A stretch of 64,000 nucleotides of DNA, from NCBI GenBank assembly GCA_963827275.1, contig CAWHAA010000005.1, positions 288,001 through 352,000 of the forward strand, written 5' to 3'. The notes below the pieces were generated by a model. That model saw nothing but the letters and a program-made list of their open reading frames with translations. It did no database searches and had not been told where the DNA came from. Every line of letters starts with the position of its first letter. Position 1 is the stretch's first letter. The stretch comes from an uncultured Spirochaetota bacterium (GTDB lineage Bacteria; Spirochaetota; UBA4802; UBA5550). The translations under genes were made by a program, and so were the position numbers. Shown one piece after another: positions 53,386 through 64,000 of the stretch.

Positions 53386-55152
53386 GTGTCGAAACCTGAC
53401 CCCACAAAGCTTGCCGACTGGCAGATTGCCGAAGAATGCGAAAAAAGCATGAAAACCGTGTACCAGCTCGCTGAAGAGCTGGGGATACAAAACGAGGAAC
53501 TGCTGCCCAATAGCCACTATTATGGTAAAGTCGATTTTGAGCTGGTACTCGAGCGCCTGAAAAACAGGCCTGACGGTAAATATATTGACGTTACCGCCAT
53601 TACCCCTACTCCGCTGGGCGAAGGGAAAAGCACCTCAACCATCGGTCTTCTCCAGGGTCTTGGCAAGCGCGGAAAAAAGGCCACCGGCGCCATACGTCAG
53701 CCATCGGGCGGGCCTACAATGAACATTAAGGGGAGCGCAGCCGGCGGAGGGCTGTCGCAGTGTATTCCCCTCATCCCATTCTCTTTCGGCCTTACCGGCG
53801 ACAACAATGACATCATGAACGCGCATAACCTCGCCATGGTGGCCCTTACCGCACGGATGCAGCATGAATTCAATTACGACGACGCAATGCTCGCGTCCAA
53901 GAAACTCCGGCGGCTCAGCATCGATCCGCGCAGCGTCGAAATGGGATGGGTCATCGATTTCTGTGCGCAATCTCTCCGTAAAATAATGATCGGGATGGGA
54001 GGACCATCCGACGGCTTCCTCATGGAATCAAGATTCCAGATCGCGGCGAGTTCCGAGTTGATGGCGATCCTGGCGGTATCATCAAGCATGGCCGATATGC
54101 GGGAGCGCATCGGAAGGATTGTCATCGCGCACAGCAAGAGCGGCACCCCGGTCACCACCGCCGACCTCGAGGTGGACGGCGCCATGACAGCCTGGATGTT
54201 CAACACGCTCAAGCCGAACCTTTTGCAGACGCTTGAGGGCCAGCCCCTGTTCGTGCACGCGGGTCCGTTCGCGAATATCGCGATAGGCCAGTCGTCGATC
54301 GCCGCCGACAAGCTCGCCCTCAAGCTTTCCGATTACCATGTTACCGAAAGCGGCTTCGGCGCAGACATCGGCTTCGAGAAATTCTGGAACCTGAAATGCA
54401 GGATGAGCAGACTCAAGCCGCACTGCGCGGTCATCGTCGCGACCGTACGGGCGCTCAAGAGCCACGGCGGGGGCCCTCCGGTCCCGCCGGGCCATCCCCT
54501 CGACCCCGTATATACAGAAGAAAATGTTGCGATGGTTGAAAAAGGATGCGCCAACCTGATACGTCATATCCAGACCGTGAAAAAAGCGGGGATAAATCCG
54601 GTGGTATGCATCAATCCATTTTCTACAGATACAAAAACGGAGATCGCGGAGATCAAGCGGCAGGCCGAGGCAGCGGGTGCCCGCGTTGCGGTTTCCCATC
54701 ACTGGCTCAAAGGCGGCGACGGCGCCCTTGAACTCACCGACGCCGTTATCGATGCCTGCGCTGAAAAAACGAATTTCAAGTTCCTCTATGACCTTGAAAT
54801 GCCGCTTTCCAGGCGTATAGAAACGATCGCGAAAAAAGTGTACGGCGCCGACGGTGTTAAATACCTGCCCGATGCCGAAGAAAAACTGAAGAAAATTGAC
54901 CGCGATCCCGAGTTGGCAAAGCTCGGCACCTGCATGGTCAAAACGCATCTTTCCCTGTCCCATGATCCGAACCTGAAAGGTGCGCCTACCGGCTGGGTCC
55001 TCCCCGTGAGGGACATCATCATCTTTCGCGGTGCGGGTTTCGTGGTGCCGGTTGCCGGAGCGATAAGCCTGATGCCGGGAACGGCGTCAGACCCGGCATT
55101 CAGGAGAATCGATGTTGATCTCAATCGGCGGAAGGTGACAGGAGTGTTTTAA
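53386..55152 (+). CDS. fhs: formate--tetrahydrofolate ligase
   Basis: [46 protein letters not shown]. Confidence 0.96.
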   Translation: MSKPDPTKLADWQIAEECEKSMKTVYQLAEELGIQNEELLPNSHYYGKVDFELVLERLKNRPDGKYIDVTAITPTPLGEGKSTSTIGLLQGLGKRGKKATGAIRQPSGGPTMNIKGSAAGGGLSQCIPLIPFSFGLTGDNNDIMNAHNLAMVALTARMQHEFNYDDAMLASKKLRRLSIDPRSVEMGWVIDFCAQSLRKIMIGMGGPSDGFLMESRFQIAASSELMAILAVSSSMADMRERIGRIVIAHSKSGTPVTTADLEVDGAMTAWMFNTLKPNLLQTLEGQPLFVHAGPFANIAIGQSSIAADKLALKLSDYHVTESGFGADIGFEKFWNLKCRMSRLKPHCAVIVATVRALKSHGGGPPVPPGHPLDPVYTEENVAMVEKGCANLIRHIQTVKKAGINPVVCINPFSTDTKTEIAEIKRQAEAAGARVAVSHHWLKGGDGALELTDAVIDACAEKTNFKFLYDLEMPLSRRIETIAKKVYGADGVKYLPDAEEKLKKIDRDPELAKLGTCMVKTHLSLSHDPNLKGAPTGWVLPVRDIIIFRGAGFVVPVAGAISLMPGTASDPAFRRIDVDLNRRKVTGVF

Positions 55153-55213
55153 CGATAGTTATCGGTAACATTATAATAATTAATATCATTACATGGGGGG
55201 AGGGTGACGGATA

Positions 55214-56017
55214 ATGAAAACAACAAAACAACTATTCGGATTATTGCTTCTTTCAATTGTGGGACTGTATTGCAGCACAGTGCCCATTACCGGCAGAAAG
55301 CAGCTGATAATCGTTCCCGAATCGCAGATACTTTCCATGAGCATGACAGAATACTCGACATTCATGAAATCAAATAAATTAAGCCAGAACGCCCAGCAGG
55401 CTGCGACCATACGAGCAGTCGGCCAGAGACTGCGGGCCGCGGTCGAGCAGTACCTGTCCTCGATAAATCAATCGGCACTGGTAAAGGATTTCGAATGGGA
55501 ATTCAGCCTGGTGGAATCCAACGAAGTGAATGCGTGGGCAATGCCCGGCGGCAAGGTTGTCTTCTACACCGGCATACTCCCCGTCACAAAAAACGAGACC
55601 GGGATAGCGGTGGTGATGGGACATGAAATAGCGCATGTGGTGGCGCGCCACGGTAACGAGCGCGTGAGCCAGGGCCTCCTGACCCAATACGGCGGCGCGG
55701 CCTTGTCCGTATTGATAAAGGATAAACCTGAAGCGACACAACAACTCTGGATGACCGCCTTCGGCCTCGGGGCTCAAGTGGGAGTCATCCTGCCCTATAG
55801 CCGCACCCACGAAAAAGAGGCTGACCGTATCGGCATGATCATCATGGCCATTGCCGGCTATGATCCCAACCAGGCGGTGGAATTCTGGCAGCGGATGTCC
55901 GAGATGAATACCGGGACAAAGCCCCCGGAATTTCTCAGCACGCACCCCTCAGATAGCACAAGGATCCGCCTTTTGAAGGAAGTGCTTCCAGAGGCGATGA
56001 CTTATTATAAGAAGTAA
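55214..56017 (+). CDS. M48-family metallopeptidase
   Basis: NAWAMPGG, HEIAH, EADRIG, FLSTHP. Confidence 0.92.
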   Translation: MKTTKQLFGLLLLSIVGLYCSTVPITGRKQLIIVPESQILSMSMTEYSTFMKSNKLSQNAQQAATIRAVGQRLRAAVEQYLSSINQSALVKDFEWEFSLVESNEVNAWAMPGGKVVFYTGILPVTKNETGIAVVMGHEIAHVVARHGNERVSQGLLTQYGGAALSVLIKDKPEATQQLWMTAFGLGAQVGVILPYSRTHEKEADRIGMIIMAIAGYDPNQAVEFWQRMSEMNTGTKPPEFLSTHPSDSTRIRLLKEVLPEAMTYYKK

Positions 56018-56161
56018 CTTTATATATACATTTCTCGTGATTTGTTTTAGATATTCATATTCTTTGATTTCTCATCTCTTCTTCTCCCCGATAGTTATCG
56101 GTTCTATACCGATAACTATCGGGACAACTACTCAAAGCACGCCATTTTTCAGAAATTAATC

Positions 56162-56222
56162 TTGACAAGGGGTCATTATTATATTACTATATCAATATAT
56201 CTTGATATAGTAATATAATAAT
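56162..56222 (+). promoter_or_regulatory. sigma70 promoter (TTGACA-N17-TACTAT) overlapped by a perfect 21-bp inverted repeat
   Basis: Arms at 56175-56195 and 56202-56222. Confidence 0.75.
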
Positions 56223-56225
56223 ACC

Positions 56226-58209
56226 ATGACGCCCCACACTGTTACCATCGCGCCAGATGCCATCGAAATAACGGTCCCCCACGGCGAGAACCTCCTCCGC
56301 GCCGTGCATGCGGCGGGCGTGCACGTCAACTCCTCATGCGGCGGCCAGGGCACATGCGGGAAATGCCGGGTGCGGATCCTGAGCGGATCCCCTGAAGGCG
56401 GCAGGACCGAAAAAATATCAAACGAAGAATACGCAAAGGGCTACCGGCTCGCCTGCCTGACCCATGTTGAAACATCCCTGAAGGTGGAGATCCCGCCCGA
56501 CTCGCGCCTCCACCGCGGGGTCCTGGACAGGTCCCGCGTGAAATCACCTACCGGCAGGCTGGCGACCGCGCGGGCGGTGGACCTGCCCGGCGCGGATCAA
56601 AGAAGCCTTGTTGTTGAAAAAAAATTCATCACCATAGATCCGCCCACGATCGAAGATAACGCGAGCGACCTGTCGAGGGTCTGCCGCGCGCTCAAAAAAC
56701 AGCACGCCATCAAGGACGCCGAGGTCGATTACCCGGTCCTGCTGAAGCTCTCCCGGGCGATACGCGAAAACAACTGGCAGGCAACCGTTACAATTCTGAA
56801 GGACGGGACGGAGGCGCTTCCCGAAAACAGGCGCTCTCAGATCATCCGCATCCAGCCGGGTGATACGACCGGCCGCCATTTTGCGGTCGCGGTCGATGTG
56901 GGCACCACGACGATCTGCGGAGAGCTCATCGACCTCATAAAAGGGGAAACCATCGCGGATTCATCGGAATATAACGGGCAGATAAAGTTCGGCGAGGACG
57001 TAATCACCAGAATGGTTTTCGCGCAGAAAAACGAGGGCCTGGTCATTCTGCAAAAGACGGCGGCGGATACGATCAACACCGTCATCGATTCGCTGCTCAC
57101 GAAAGGGAACATCGACCGCGCCGACATATCCCACATCACTGTTGCGGGAAATACCGCCATGACGCACATCCTGCTCGGGCTTGACCCGCGGTATATCCGC
57201 TCCGCGCCCTATACGCCCACGGTCAACCAGATGCCCCCTGTCAGGGCGATCGAAATCGGGCTCGGGCTCCCCGGCCACGCGCGCCTCACCGTCATGCCGC
57301 TTATATCAAGCTACGTGGGGGGCGACATCGTGGCCGGCGTCCTTGCCTCCGGACTGCACCGACGCAGCGCCAACACGCTCTTCATCGATATCGGCACCAA
57401 CGGCGAGATCGTTGTCGGGAACCGGGAGTGGCTCGTCACCGCGTCCTGCTCCGCAGGCCCGGCGTTCGAGGGGGGCGGCATCCGGCACGGCATGCGCGCC
57501 ACCTTCGGCGCCATCGAGGAGGTCCGCATCGACCCCGGCACCTGCGAACCGGTGGTCTTCACGATCGGCGGGGAAAAGCCGAAGGGCATCTGCGGCTCCG
57601 GCATCATAAACATCGTGGCCGAATTTCTGGAAACAGGCCTGCTCGAGCCCAACGGCAGGTTCAGGACCGATCTCTCGACCGGCAGGCTGCGGCAGGGCCG
57701 CGACGGCATGGAATTCGTCCTGGTCACGGCCGACCGGAGCGGAATTGACGGCGACATCGTCATCACCGAGGTTGACATCGACAACTTCATGCGCGCCAAG
57801 GGCGCACTCTATGCCGGCTACCAGACGCTGCTTGAGAGCGTGGGTCTTTCGTGGACGGACCTCGACGAGGTGATTATCGCCGGGGCGTTCGGGAGCTACG
57901 TGGACATCGAGAAATCGATCATCACCGGGCTCTTCCCCGACCTCCCGGTGGAGCGCTTCAGCTTCATCGGCAACAGCTCGCTCCAGGGGGCCCGGCTCGC
58001 GCTGCTGTCGCGCGAGCTGCTCGACGAAGCGAATGGGATCGCGGCGAAAGATGACGAACATCGAGCTGAGCGACCACAAATCATACATGGACCACTACGT
58101 GGCGTCGCTCTTCTTCCCCCACACGGAGCTTAGAAATTTCCCGACGGTCATGGAGCGGTTCAAGAATATCGAACGCATGTGCAGCGACAACAAAGGAGAC
58201 AGCGAGTGA
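56226..58209 (+). CDS. ASKHA/2Fe-2S reductive activator of corrinoid proteins (RACo/AcsV-like); 1-bp frameshift near 58048
   Basis: CGGQGTCGKC, DVGTTT, DIGTNGE, AGPAFEG, GICGSG; the C-terminus MTNIELSD..LFFPHT is in another frame. Confidence 0.9.
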
Positions 58210-58961
58210 GCACCATCATAGCGGTCGCCGGCAAGGGCGGCACCGGAAAAACGACAACGGCGGCGCTGATCATACGGCACCTCCTTAAAAAGGGGAAAAC
58301 GCCGCTCCTGGCGATGGACGCTGACCCGAACGCGAACCTGGCGGATTCACTGGGGATCAGCGTGCCCGACACCATCGGGTCCGTGCTTTCGGACTTCATG
58401 CGCAAACGGGCGGAGCTCCCGGCGGGCATGACCAAGCAGGCCTATCTCGACATGCAATTTCACCAGATCCTGAAAGAAGGCAAAGACATCGACATGCTCG
58501 TCATGGGATGCCCCGACGGGCCCGGGTGCTACTGCGCCGCCAACTCGATCCTTAAAGACTACTTCGATAACCTTTCGAAAAATTATCCTTATATCGTGGT
58601 GGATAATGAAGCGGGCATGGAGCACTTCAGCCGGAAGACGGCGGCCCATATCGACACGCTCATCTTCTGCTCCAATTATTCCCTGAAGGGCCTGAAGACT
58701 GTGAAGACGCTTGCTGAAATGGTAAAAGACCTGAAAATAGACGTCCGGGAACGCTACCTGCTGGTCAACCGCACTCCCGAGACCCTTGAACCTGCGTTCC
58801 TGGAGAGCATCAGGGAGACCGGCATTCCATTCCTCGGGCATACCGTCATGGATACCGAGATCGAGGAGTCGGAAATCAAGGGGATACCGCTGATCGATAT
58901 GCCGGACAGCTCGAAGACCGTGCAGAGGATCGAGGAGATGCTGAACAAAATAATCCCATGA
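58206..58961 (+). CDS. cooC: CODH/ACS nickel-insertion ATPase (CooC/AcsF)
   Basis: GKGGTGKTT, DADPNANL, GCYC, DNEAGMEH. Confidence 0.92.
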   Translation: MSTIIAVAGKGGTGKTTTAALIIRHLLKKGKTPLLAMDADPNANLADSLGISVPDTIGSVLSDFMRKRAELPAGMTKQAYLDMQFHQILKEGKDIDMLVMGCPDGPGCYCAANSILKDYFDNLSKNYPYIVVDNEAGMEHFSRKTAAHIDTLIFCSNYSLKGLKTVKTLAEMVKDLKIDVRERYLLVNRTPETLEPAFLESIRETGIPFLGHTVMDTEIEESEIKGIPLIDMPDSSKTVQRIEEMLNKIIP

Positions 58962-59032
58962 GATCGCACAATCCCCCCTGTCCCCCCGAGGGGGCACGAG
59001 GGAGATAATTATATCTGATAAACATGACATGT

Positions 59033-59458
59033 ATGATACAAGGAATAAGCCATATAACATTGATTGTTAACGACATCGAAAAAACAGCGGATCTCTTCCG
59101 TAAAATATTCGATGCGCGAGAAGTTTATTCAAGCGGGGATGATATTCATTCCCGATCAAGCGAAATATTTTTTTTGGTCAATGACGTCTGGTTCGCATTA
59201 ATGCAGGGGAATTCATGCCAGGAAAAAACGTATAATCATGTTGCATTTAAAATCAGCGATGACGATTTCGGCATCTACTCAAAAAAGATTGCAGAAATGG
59301 GCCTGGTAACAATTAAAGACAGGAAAAGAATGCCCGGAGAAGGAAAATCCATATATTTTTACGATTATGACAATCACCTCTTTGAGCTGCATGCCGGGAC
59401 CCTGGAGGAAAGATTGGAGCATTATAAAAAGGAATCGCCGACCGTTCAGCAGTCGTAA
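59033..59458 (+). CDS. fosX: VOC-family protein, FosX-like fosfomycin resistance hydrolase
   Basis: GISHITLIV, YNHVAFKI, EGKSIYFYDYDNHLFELHAGTLEERL. Confidence 0.8.
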   Translation: MIQGISHITLIVNDIEKTADLFRKIFDAREVYSSGDDIHSRSSEIFFLVNDVWFALMQGNSCQEKTYNHVAFKISDDDFGIYSKKIAEMGLVTIKDRKRMPGEGKSIYFYDYDNHLFELHAGTLEERLEHYKKESPTVQQS

Positions 59459-59504
59459 GAGCCGATCAGCACAATAATACCATGACAGGCATAACAAACG
59501 AATA

Positions 59505-60461
59505 ATGATCCGCACCATGAACACATTGGGCTGCAACTCAGTACCATTTCTCTTTATAATCGATTTTTTGATGAAAAAACCGGTCATCATCCCATTGTCC
59601 GACATCAAAGAATCCGAGATACTTTTTGACATCAATGGCATTACCAACGCCCCGGCATCTACCCGTACCGGGAGCGCGGCGGCGTTGAAGAAATATCCCC
59701 CCTCATATGCACACTATTCAACTGCTTTTGCAAAAGTGCAGGAACACCAGATGCGGGGCGACTCATATCTCCTGAACCTGACATTTCCGACCCCCATAGA
59801 AATATCCCTCACGCTCCGGGAGCTATACTTCCTGAGCAGAGCGCGTTATAAAATATGGTTCCGGGACATATTCCTTGTCTTTTCACCCGAGTCCTTCATC
59901 CGGATAGAGGACGGACGCATCTCGTCCTACCCCATGAAAGGCACGATCAATGCCGCCATCCCGTGCGCCGAAGAGATTATTCTGGGCGATGAGAAGGAGT
60001 TCTCGGAACACCTGACCATCGTCGACCTTATACGGAATGATTTGAATATAGTTGCCGACAACGTTACCGTTGACCGGTTCCGTTATGTGGAGCAGGTACG
60101 CACCTCTGATTCGACGCTGCTGCAGGTCAGCTCGCAGATTTCCGGCGACCTTCCTTCAGACTATCAGGGAGACATCGGGAGCATTATCACCGCGCTCCTG
60201 CCGGCCGGATCCGTGAGCGGTGCGCCAAAGAATAGAACCATTGAGATTATCAACGAGGTTGAGAACTATGACCGTGGCTATTATACCGGCGTTGCAGGTT
60301 ACTTCGACGGGTCGAATCTCGATAGTTGCGTCATGATACGGTATATTGAGCAGATCGGCGGGACACTCTGCTATAAAAGCGGCGGCGGCATAACGGTATA
60401 CAGCGACCCGAAATCAGAATATCAGGAGCTCATCGACAAAGTGTATGTGCCGATTGTTTGA
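59505..60461 (+). CDS. pabB: aminodeoxychorismate synthase component I
   Basis: SPESF, PMKGT, EHLTIVDLIRNDL, PAGSVSGAPK, SGGGIT. Confidence 0.9.
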   Translation: MIRTMNTLGCNSVPFLFIIDFLMKKPVIIPLSDIKESEILFDINGITNAPASTRTGSAAALKKYPPSYAHYSTAFAKVQEHQMRGDSYLLNLTFPTPIEISLTLRELYFLSRARYKIWFRDIFLVFSPESFIRIEDGRISSYPMKGTINAAIPCAEEIILGDEKEFSEHLTIVDLIRNDLNIVADNVTVDRFRYVEQVRTSDSTLLQVSSQISGDLPSDYQGDIGSIITALLPAGSVSGAPKNRTIEIINEVENYDRGYYTGVAGYFDGSNLDSCVMIRYIEQIGGTLCYKSGGGITVYSDPKSEYQELIDKVYVPIV

Positions 60462-61038
60462 ATCCATACGGATAAAGAACGGCGTTCCGGATAACCTTCA
60501 ATATCACTCACGCCGGATGAACGCCTCACGTCATGAGATCTTTGGAAAAAATGAGGAGATCCGGCTGGCGGAAGCAATAATTGTTCCGCCCGAATACCAG
60601 ACCGGCACCGTCAAATGCCGGGTCGTGTATGGAGAAGAAATTGACTCAATATCCTTCGAGCATTACCAGAGACGAACGATCCGGAGTTTAAAGCTGATTC
60701 GGTCCGACGATGCGTTCTATGAGCATAAATTATGCGACCGGAGCCTCTTTGAGCAGCTTTTACTGGAACGCGGGACCTGTGATGACATCCTGATCCTGAA
60801 GAACGGCATGATCACAGACACCTCGTTCAGCAACGTGGCTTTTTTTGACGGGTCGGGATGGATCACGCCCGTGTCGCCTCTTCTGCGCGGCACGAAGCGA
60901 GAAAAACTTCTGGACGACGGTATTATAGAGGAAGAAAATGTTCATGTATCTGATCTGGGCCGTTTCAGGCATCTCAGTCTAATAAATGCCATGCTGGACA
61001 TCAGGGATGTCATCATTAATGTTGACAGAATCATGTAG
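60445..61038 (+). CDS. pabC: aminotransferase class IV / 4-amino-4-deoxychorismate lyase
   Basis: FESI, HSRRM, TDTSFSNV, LLRGTKR, INAM; overlaps pabB. Confidence 0.8.
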   Translation: MCRLFESIRIKNGVPDNLQYHSRRMNASRHEIFGKNEEIRLAEAIIVPPEYQTGTVKCRVVYGEEIDSISFEHYQRRTIRSLKLIRSDDAFYEHKLCDRSLFEQLLLERGTCDDILILKNGMITDTSFSNVAFFDGSGWITPVSPLLRGTKREKLLDDGIIEEENVHVSDLGRFRHLSLINAMLDIRDVIINVDRIM

Positions 61039-61085
61039 TGGCCTCTAAGTGTATCTGTTTCTGAGAGATACAAAGGGAGTAAATA

Positions 61086-61979
61086 ATGACGGCAACAATC
61101 ATCAGCGGAAAAGATATCGCCGCGCAGATACGGGAAGAGCTCAGGGCCGAAGTGGCCGGTCTTTCCGCGAAGCACAACATCAGGCCGGGCCTGGTGACCA
61201 TCCTGGTCGGCGACAACCCCGCCTCGGTCAGCTACGTGACCGGAAAGCAGAAGACCGCGCACGAGCTCGGGTTCCACTCCATCCAGGTGACCCAGCCGGC
61301 CGATATTTCCGAGGAAGAGCTGCTGAAGCTCGTTGACCGGTACAACAACGACCCGGCCATCCATGGCATACTGGTGCAGCTCCCCCTGCCGAAGCACATC
61401 AACGAGAACCGGGTGCTGTACGCGATCGACCCGGACAAGGACGTGGACGGGTTCCACCCCGTGAACGTCGGCAGGCTCATGATCGGGGACGCGCGCTTCT
61501 ATCCCTGCACGCCGTACGGGATACGGGAGATGCTGACGCGCGCCGGGGTGCAGATCGACGGCGCGGAGGTGGTCGTGGTGGGACGGAGCAACCTGGTGGG
61601 CAAGCCGATCGCGATGATGCTGGTGCAGAAGCAGAAAGGCGCGAACGCGACCGTGACCGTGTGCCATACCCGCACCAGGGACATAAAAGCCCACACCCTG
61701 CGCGCCGACATCCTGATCGTGGCCGCGGGCGCGCCCAACTCGGTGACCGCAGACATGGTGAAGGACGGCGCGGTGGTCATCGACGTGGGCGTGAACCGCG
61801 TGGGCGTCACCGCGGAAGGGAAAGCAATTCTAAAGGGAGATGTGGACTTCGAAGCGGTCAAAGAAAAGGCGTCGATCATCACGCCGGTCCCCGGGGGCGT
61901 GGGCCCCATGACCATCACCATGCTGATGAAGAACACGGTGCGGGCCGCGAAGCTCGCGGCAGGGATGACGCTGGATTAA
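61086..61979 (+). CDS. folD: methylene-THF dehydrogenase/methenyl-THF cyclohydrolase
   Basis: GILVQLPLP, KDVDGFHP, PCTP, GRSNLVGKP, TPVPGGVGPMT. Confidence 0.97.
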   Translation: MTATIISGKDIAAQIREELRAEVAGLSAKHNIRPGLVTILVGDNPASVSYVTGKQKTAHELGFHSIQVTQPADISEEELLKLVDRYNNDPAIHGILVQLPLPKHINENRVLYAIDPDKDVDGFHPVNVGRLMIGDARFYPCTPYGIREMLTRAGVQIDGAEVVVVGRSNLVGKPIAMMLVQKQKGANATVTVCHTRTRDIKAHTLRADILIVAAGAPNSVTADMVKDGAVVIDVGVNRVGVTAEGKAILKGDVDFEAVKEKASIITPVPGGVGPMTITMLMKNTVRAAKLAAGMTLD

Positions 61980-62076
61980 TGCCCCCTGGCCCCCGCAGGG
62001 GGCACGCATGTCAGGTTGATTCCCTGATGCCCCCTCGGGGGGACAGGGGGGAGTAAAAGGATAAAAGGGTATTATA

Positions 62077-62295
62077 ATGGAATACAAAACAATCGAGAAA
62101 AAAGACGCGGCCGGCAACATGGTAAAGGTCCTTGACGCGACCTTCGAGCCGGGAACGCCGGAAACAAAAGGCGTCGGCGAAGACAGGGGCTGGCGCAGGC
62201 ACATGACAGATAAAAGTGAGATGCTGAAATACCTGAAAAACGGCGAGCGGTACTGGTATTCTCACGAGTGGTACGGGAGCGAGAAGAAACGATAA
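62077..62295 (+). CDS. small hypothetical protein in the acetyl-CoA pathway cluster
   Basis: 72-aa ORF with host-like codon usage. Confidence 0.6.
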   Translation: MEYKTIEKKDAAGNMVKVLDATFEPGTPETKGVGEDRGWRRHMTDKSEMLKYLKNGERYWYSHEWYGSEKKR

Positions 62296-62343
62296 ATCAT
62301 GCAAGCGGGGTCACGTGACCCCGCCTTTCCAAGGAGGACCATC

Positions 62344-63288
62344 ATGGCATTTGAAGCACCGAAAATAAATTACGCGGGAAAGATCAGGGAGATCACACTG
62401 GGCGCGGGCCCGAAAGCGGTCACCGTGGGCGGCGCCACATCCTACCCCTTCCACCTATTTGAAGGGGCCATGCCCCATCCGCCCCGCATCGCCATGGAGG
62501 TCCCGGACTACAAGCCCGAAGACTGGGCCGAGGCGGCCACCGCCCCCTTCGCGGACGTCCTGGATGACCCGGCGGCGTGGGCAAAGAAAAACGTCACCGA
62601 GTACGGTGCGGACATGATCGCCCTGCAGATGGCGAGCATCGACCCCAACGGCATGAACCGGCCGGCGCGGGAAGCGGCCGACATCGCCAAAAAAGTCATC
62701 GCGGCGGTTGATGTGCCGGTGATCCTCTGGGGCGTCGGCAACCATGAAAAGGACACCGAAGTGCTGCGCATCCTTGCGGAAGAATGCGAGGGTAAAAACC
62801 TGGCGATGGGGCCTGTCGAGGAAGGCGACTACAAGCAGATCGGCGCCGGCGCCCTCGCCTACAAGCACGTGGCCATCGCTTCATCGCCCATCGACGTGAA
62901 CCTTGCCAAGCAGCTTAATATACTGCTCGGGAACCTGGGCGTGCCCGCGGACAAGCTCCTGGTGGACCCCACGACCGGACCGCTCGGCTACGGGCTCGAG
63001 TACACCTACTCGGTGATGGAGCGCGACCGGATGGCGGCCCTCACCCAGGAGGACGAGAAGCTCCAGTATCCCCTCATCTGCAATGTCGGATCTGAAGTAT
63101 GGAAAACAAAGGAAGCCAAGATGTCCGCCTCCGACGACCCGAAGCTGGGCGACGCGAAGGAGCGGGGCATCCTGCTCGAATGCATCACCGCGATGAGCCT
63201 CCTCATAGCAGGGGCGGACGTCCTCATCTTGAGGCACCCGGAGTCGGTGAAGCTTATCAGGAAGATGATCAAGAATTTGATGGAGTAG
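62344..63288 (+). CDS. acsD: corrinoid Fe-S protein small subunit (AcsD/CdhD)
   Basis: PRIAMEV, SPIDVNLAKQLN, DPTTGPLGYGLEYTYSVMER, ILRHP. Confidence 0.93.
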   Translation: MAFEAPKINYAGKIREITLGAGPKAVTVGGATSYPFHLFEGAMPHPPRIAMEVPDYKPEDWAEAATAPFADVLDDPAAWAKKNVTEYGADMIALQMASIDPNGMNRPAREAADIAKKVIAAVDVPVILWGVGNHEKDTEVLRILAEECEGKNLAMGPVEEGDYKQIGAGALAYKHVAIASSPIDVNLAKQLNILLGNLGVPADKLLVDPTTGPLGYGLEYTYSVMERDRMAALTQEDEKLQYPLICNVGSEVWKTKEAKMSASDDPKLGDAKERGILLECITAMSLLIAGADVLILRHPESVKLIRKMIKNLME

Positions 63289-63472
63289 CCCCCCTGTCCC
63301 CCGTAGGGGGCACGAAAGAGGGAGCTGGAAGTATAAAAAACGCAAATCAGGGTCATCATATAAAACAAAGCAGTGAAACAGCATCATATACAATTGATTT
63401 TGAATTATTACAAAATGATTGATCCCTCACGCCCCCTCTGGGGGACGGGGGGGGAGATAACAGGAGCACCAC

Positions 63473-64000
63473 ATGTCAGAAGAAACCAAACTCTTTGCCG
63501 ACAAGGCATCGCAGGAAATATATGAAAAAGCAAAAAGAGACGGCGTCAACACGGTCTTCGACAAGGCGGCCGAGCTCAAGGCCTGCCCGATCGGGTCGGC
63601 AGGCGACTGCTGCAAGCACTGCGGCATGGGCCCCTGCCGGGTGCCCGAGCCAAAGTCGCCGGGGGCGGTACGCAAGCTCGGACTGTGCGGAGCAACGGCA
63701 GAGACCATATCCGCGCGCAACTTTTTACGCATGATAGCCGGCGGGGCCGCTGCGCACTCCGACCATGGCCGCGGCGTTGCGGAGATCTTCCTGTCCGCGG
63801 CGAAGGGCGAGATCCCCGGCTACGGCATCAAGGACGAGCAGAAGCTCCTGGCCCTCGCGCTCGACTTCGGCATCGCCATCGAGGGAAAAGACACGAAGGC
63901 GATCGCCATCGAAGTGGGCCAGAAGTCCCTGGCCCTGTTCGGCCAGCAGGACGGGGAGATCATGTATGTCAAGAAGGCGCCGCAGCGGCGCCAGGAGATA
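63473..64000 (+). CDS. cooS: anaerobic carbon monoxide dehydrogenase catalytic subunit (runs off the window end)
   Basis: Manual translation: MSEETK...CPIGSAGDCCKHCGMGPCR...GLCGATAETISARNF..AAHSDHGR. Confidence 0.92.
   Translation, partial: MSEETKLFADKASQEIYEKAKRDGVNTVFDKAAELKACPIGSAGDCCKHCGMGPCRVPEPKSPGAVRKLGLCGATAETISARNFLRMIAGGAAAHSDHGRGVAEIFLSAAKGEIPGYGIKDEQKLLALALDFGIAIEGKDTKAIAIEVGQKSLALFGQQDGEIMYVKKAPQRRQEI

Noticed and set aside
30000..64000. Many overlapping antisense and alternative-frame ORFs in the track
   Set aside because: Shadow ORFs expected in GC-rich coding DNA; they overlap well-supported genes and have no recognisable motifs.

Overview
The window has two parts. (1) Positions 979-29238 are an AT-rich island of about 28.3 kb inserted in the conserved NPCxCG codons of a comM/YifB gene, flanked by an 8-bp target duplication (GCCGGTGC; 10 bp if the adjoining AT is counted). 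The island ends in two ~1.11-kb direct repeats, each bounded by imperfect inverted repeats. These repeats are the middle section of one IS1595-like DDE transposase gene. The RBS and first 24 codons lie only inside the left end, and the ~208-aa C-terminal extension plus two translationally coupled partner genes lie only inside the right end. A complete ~603-aa gene exists only if the island is circularised through the repeats. Cargo includes a Dcm/EcoRII-like restriction-modification cluster with Vsr and a DUF3883 nuclease, a frameshifted RT-nitrilase (UG1/DRT1-like), an XRE gene split by an IS3-family element, a broken tyrosine recombinase, a UvrD helicase with a possible Rep_trans-like tail, a duplicated candidate structured RNA, and lipoprotein/Lgt-like genes. 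(2) Positions ~29.2-64 kb are GC-rich host chromosome, possibly of an anaerobic spirochaete-like bacterium (inference). It carries mazG, a MoxR/Bat operon, a class II aldolase, cstA, thyA, fhs and a Wood-Ljungdahl cluster (RACo, cooC, folD, acsD, cooS), plus two families of palindromic repeats. All calls come from motif reading by eye; no database searches were run.
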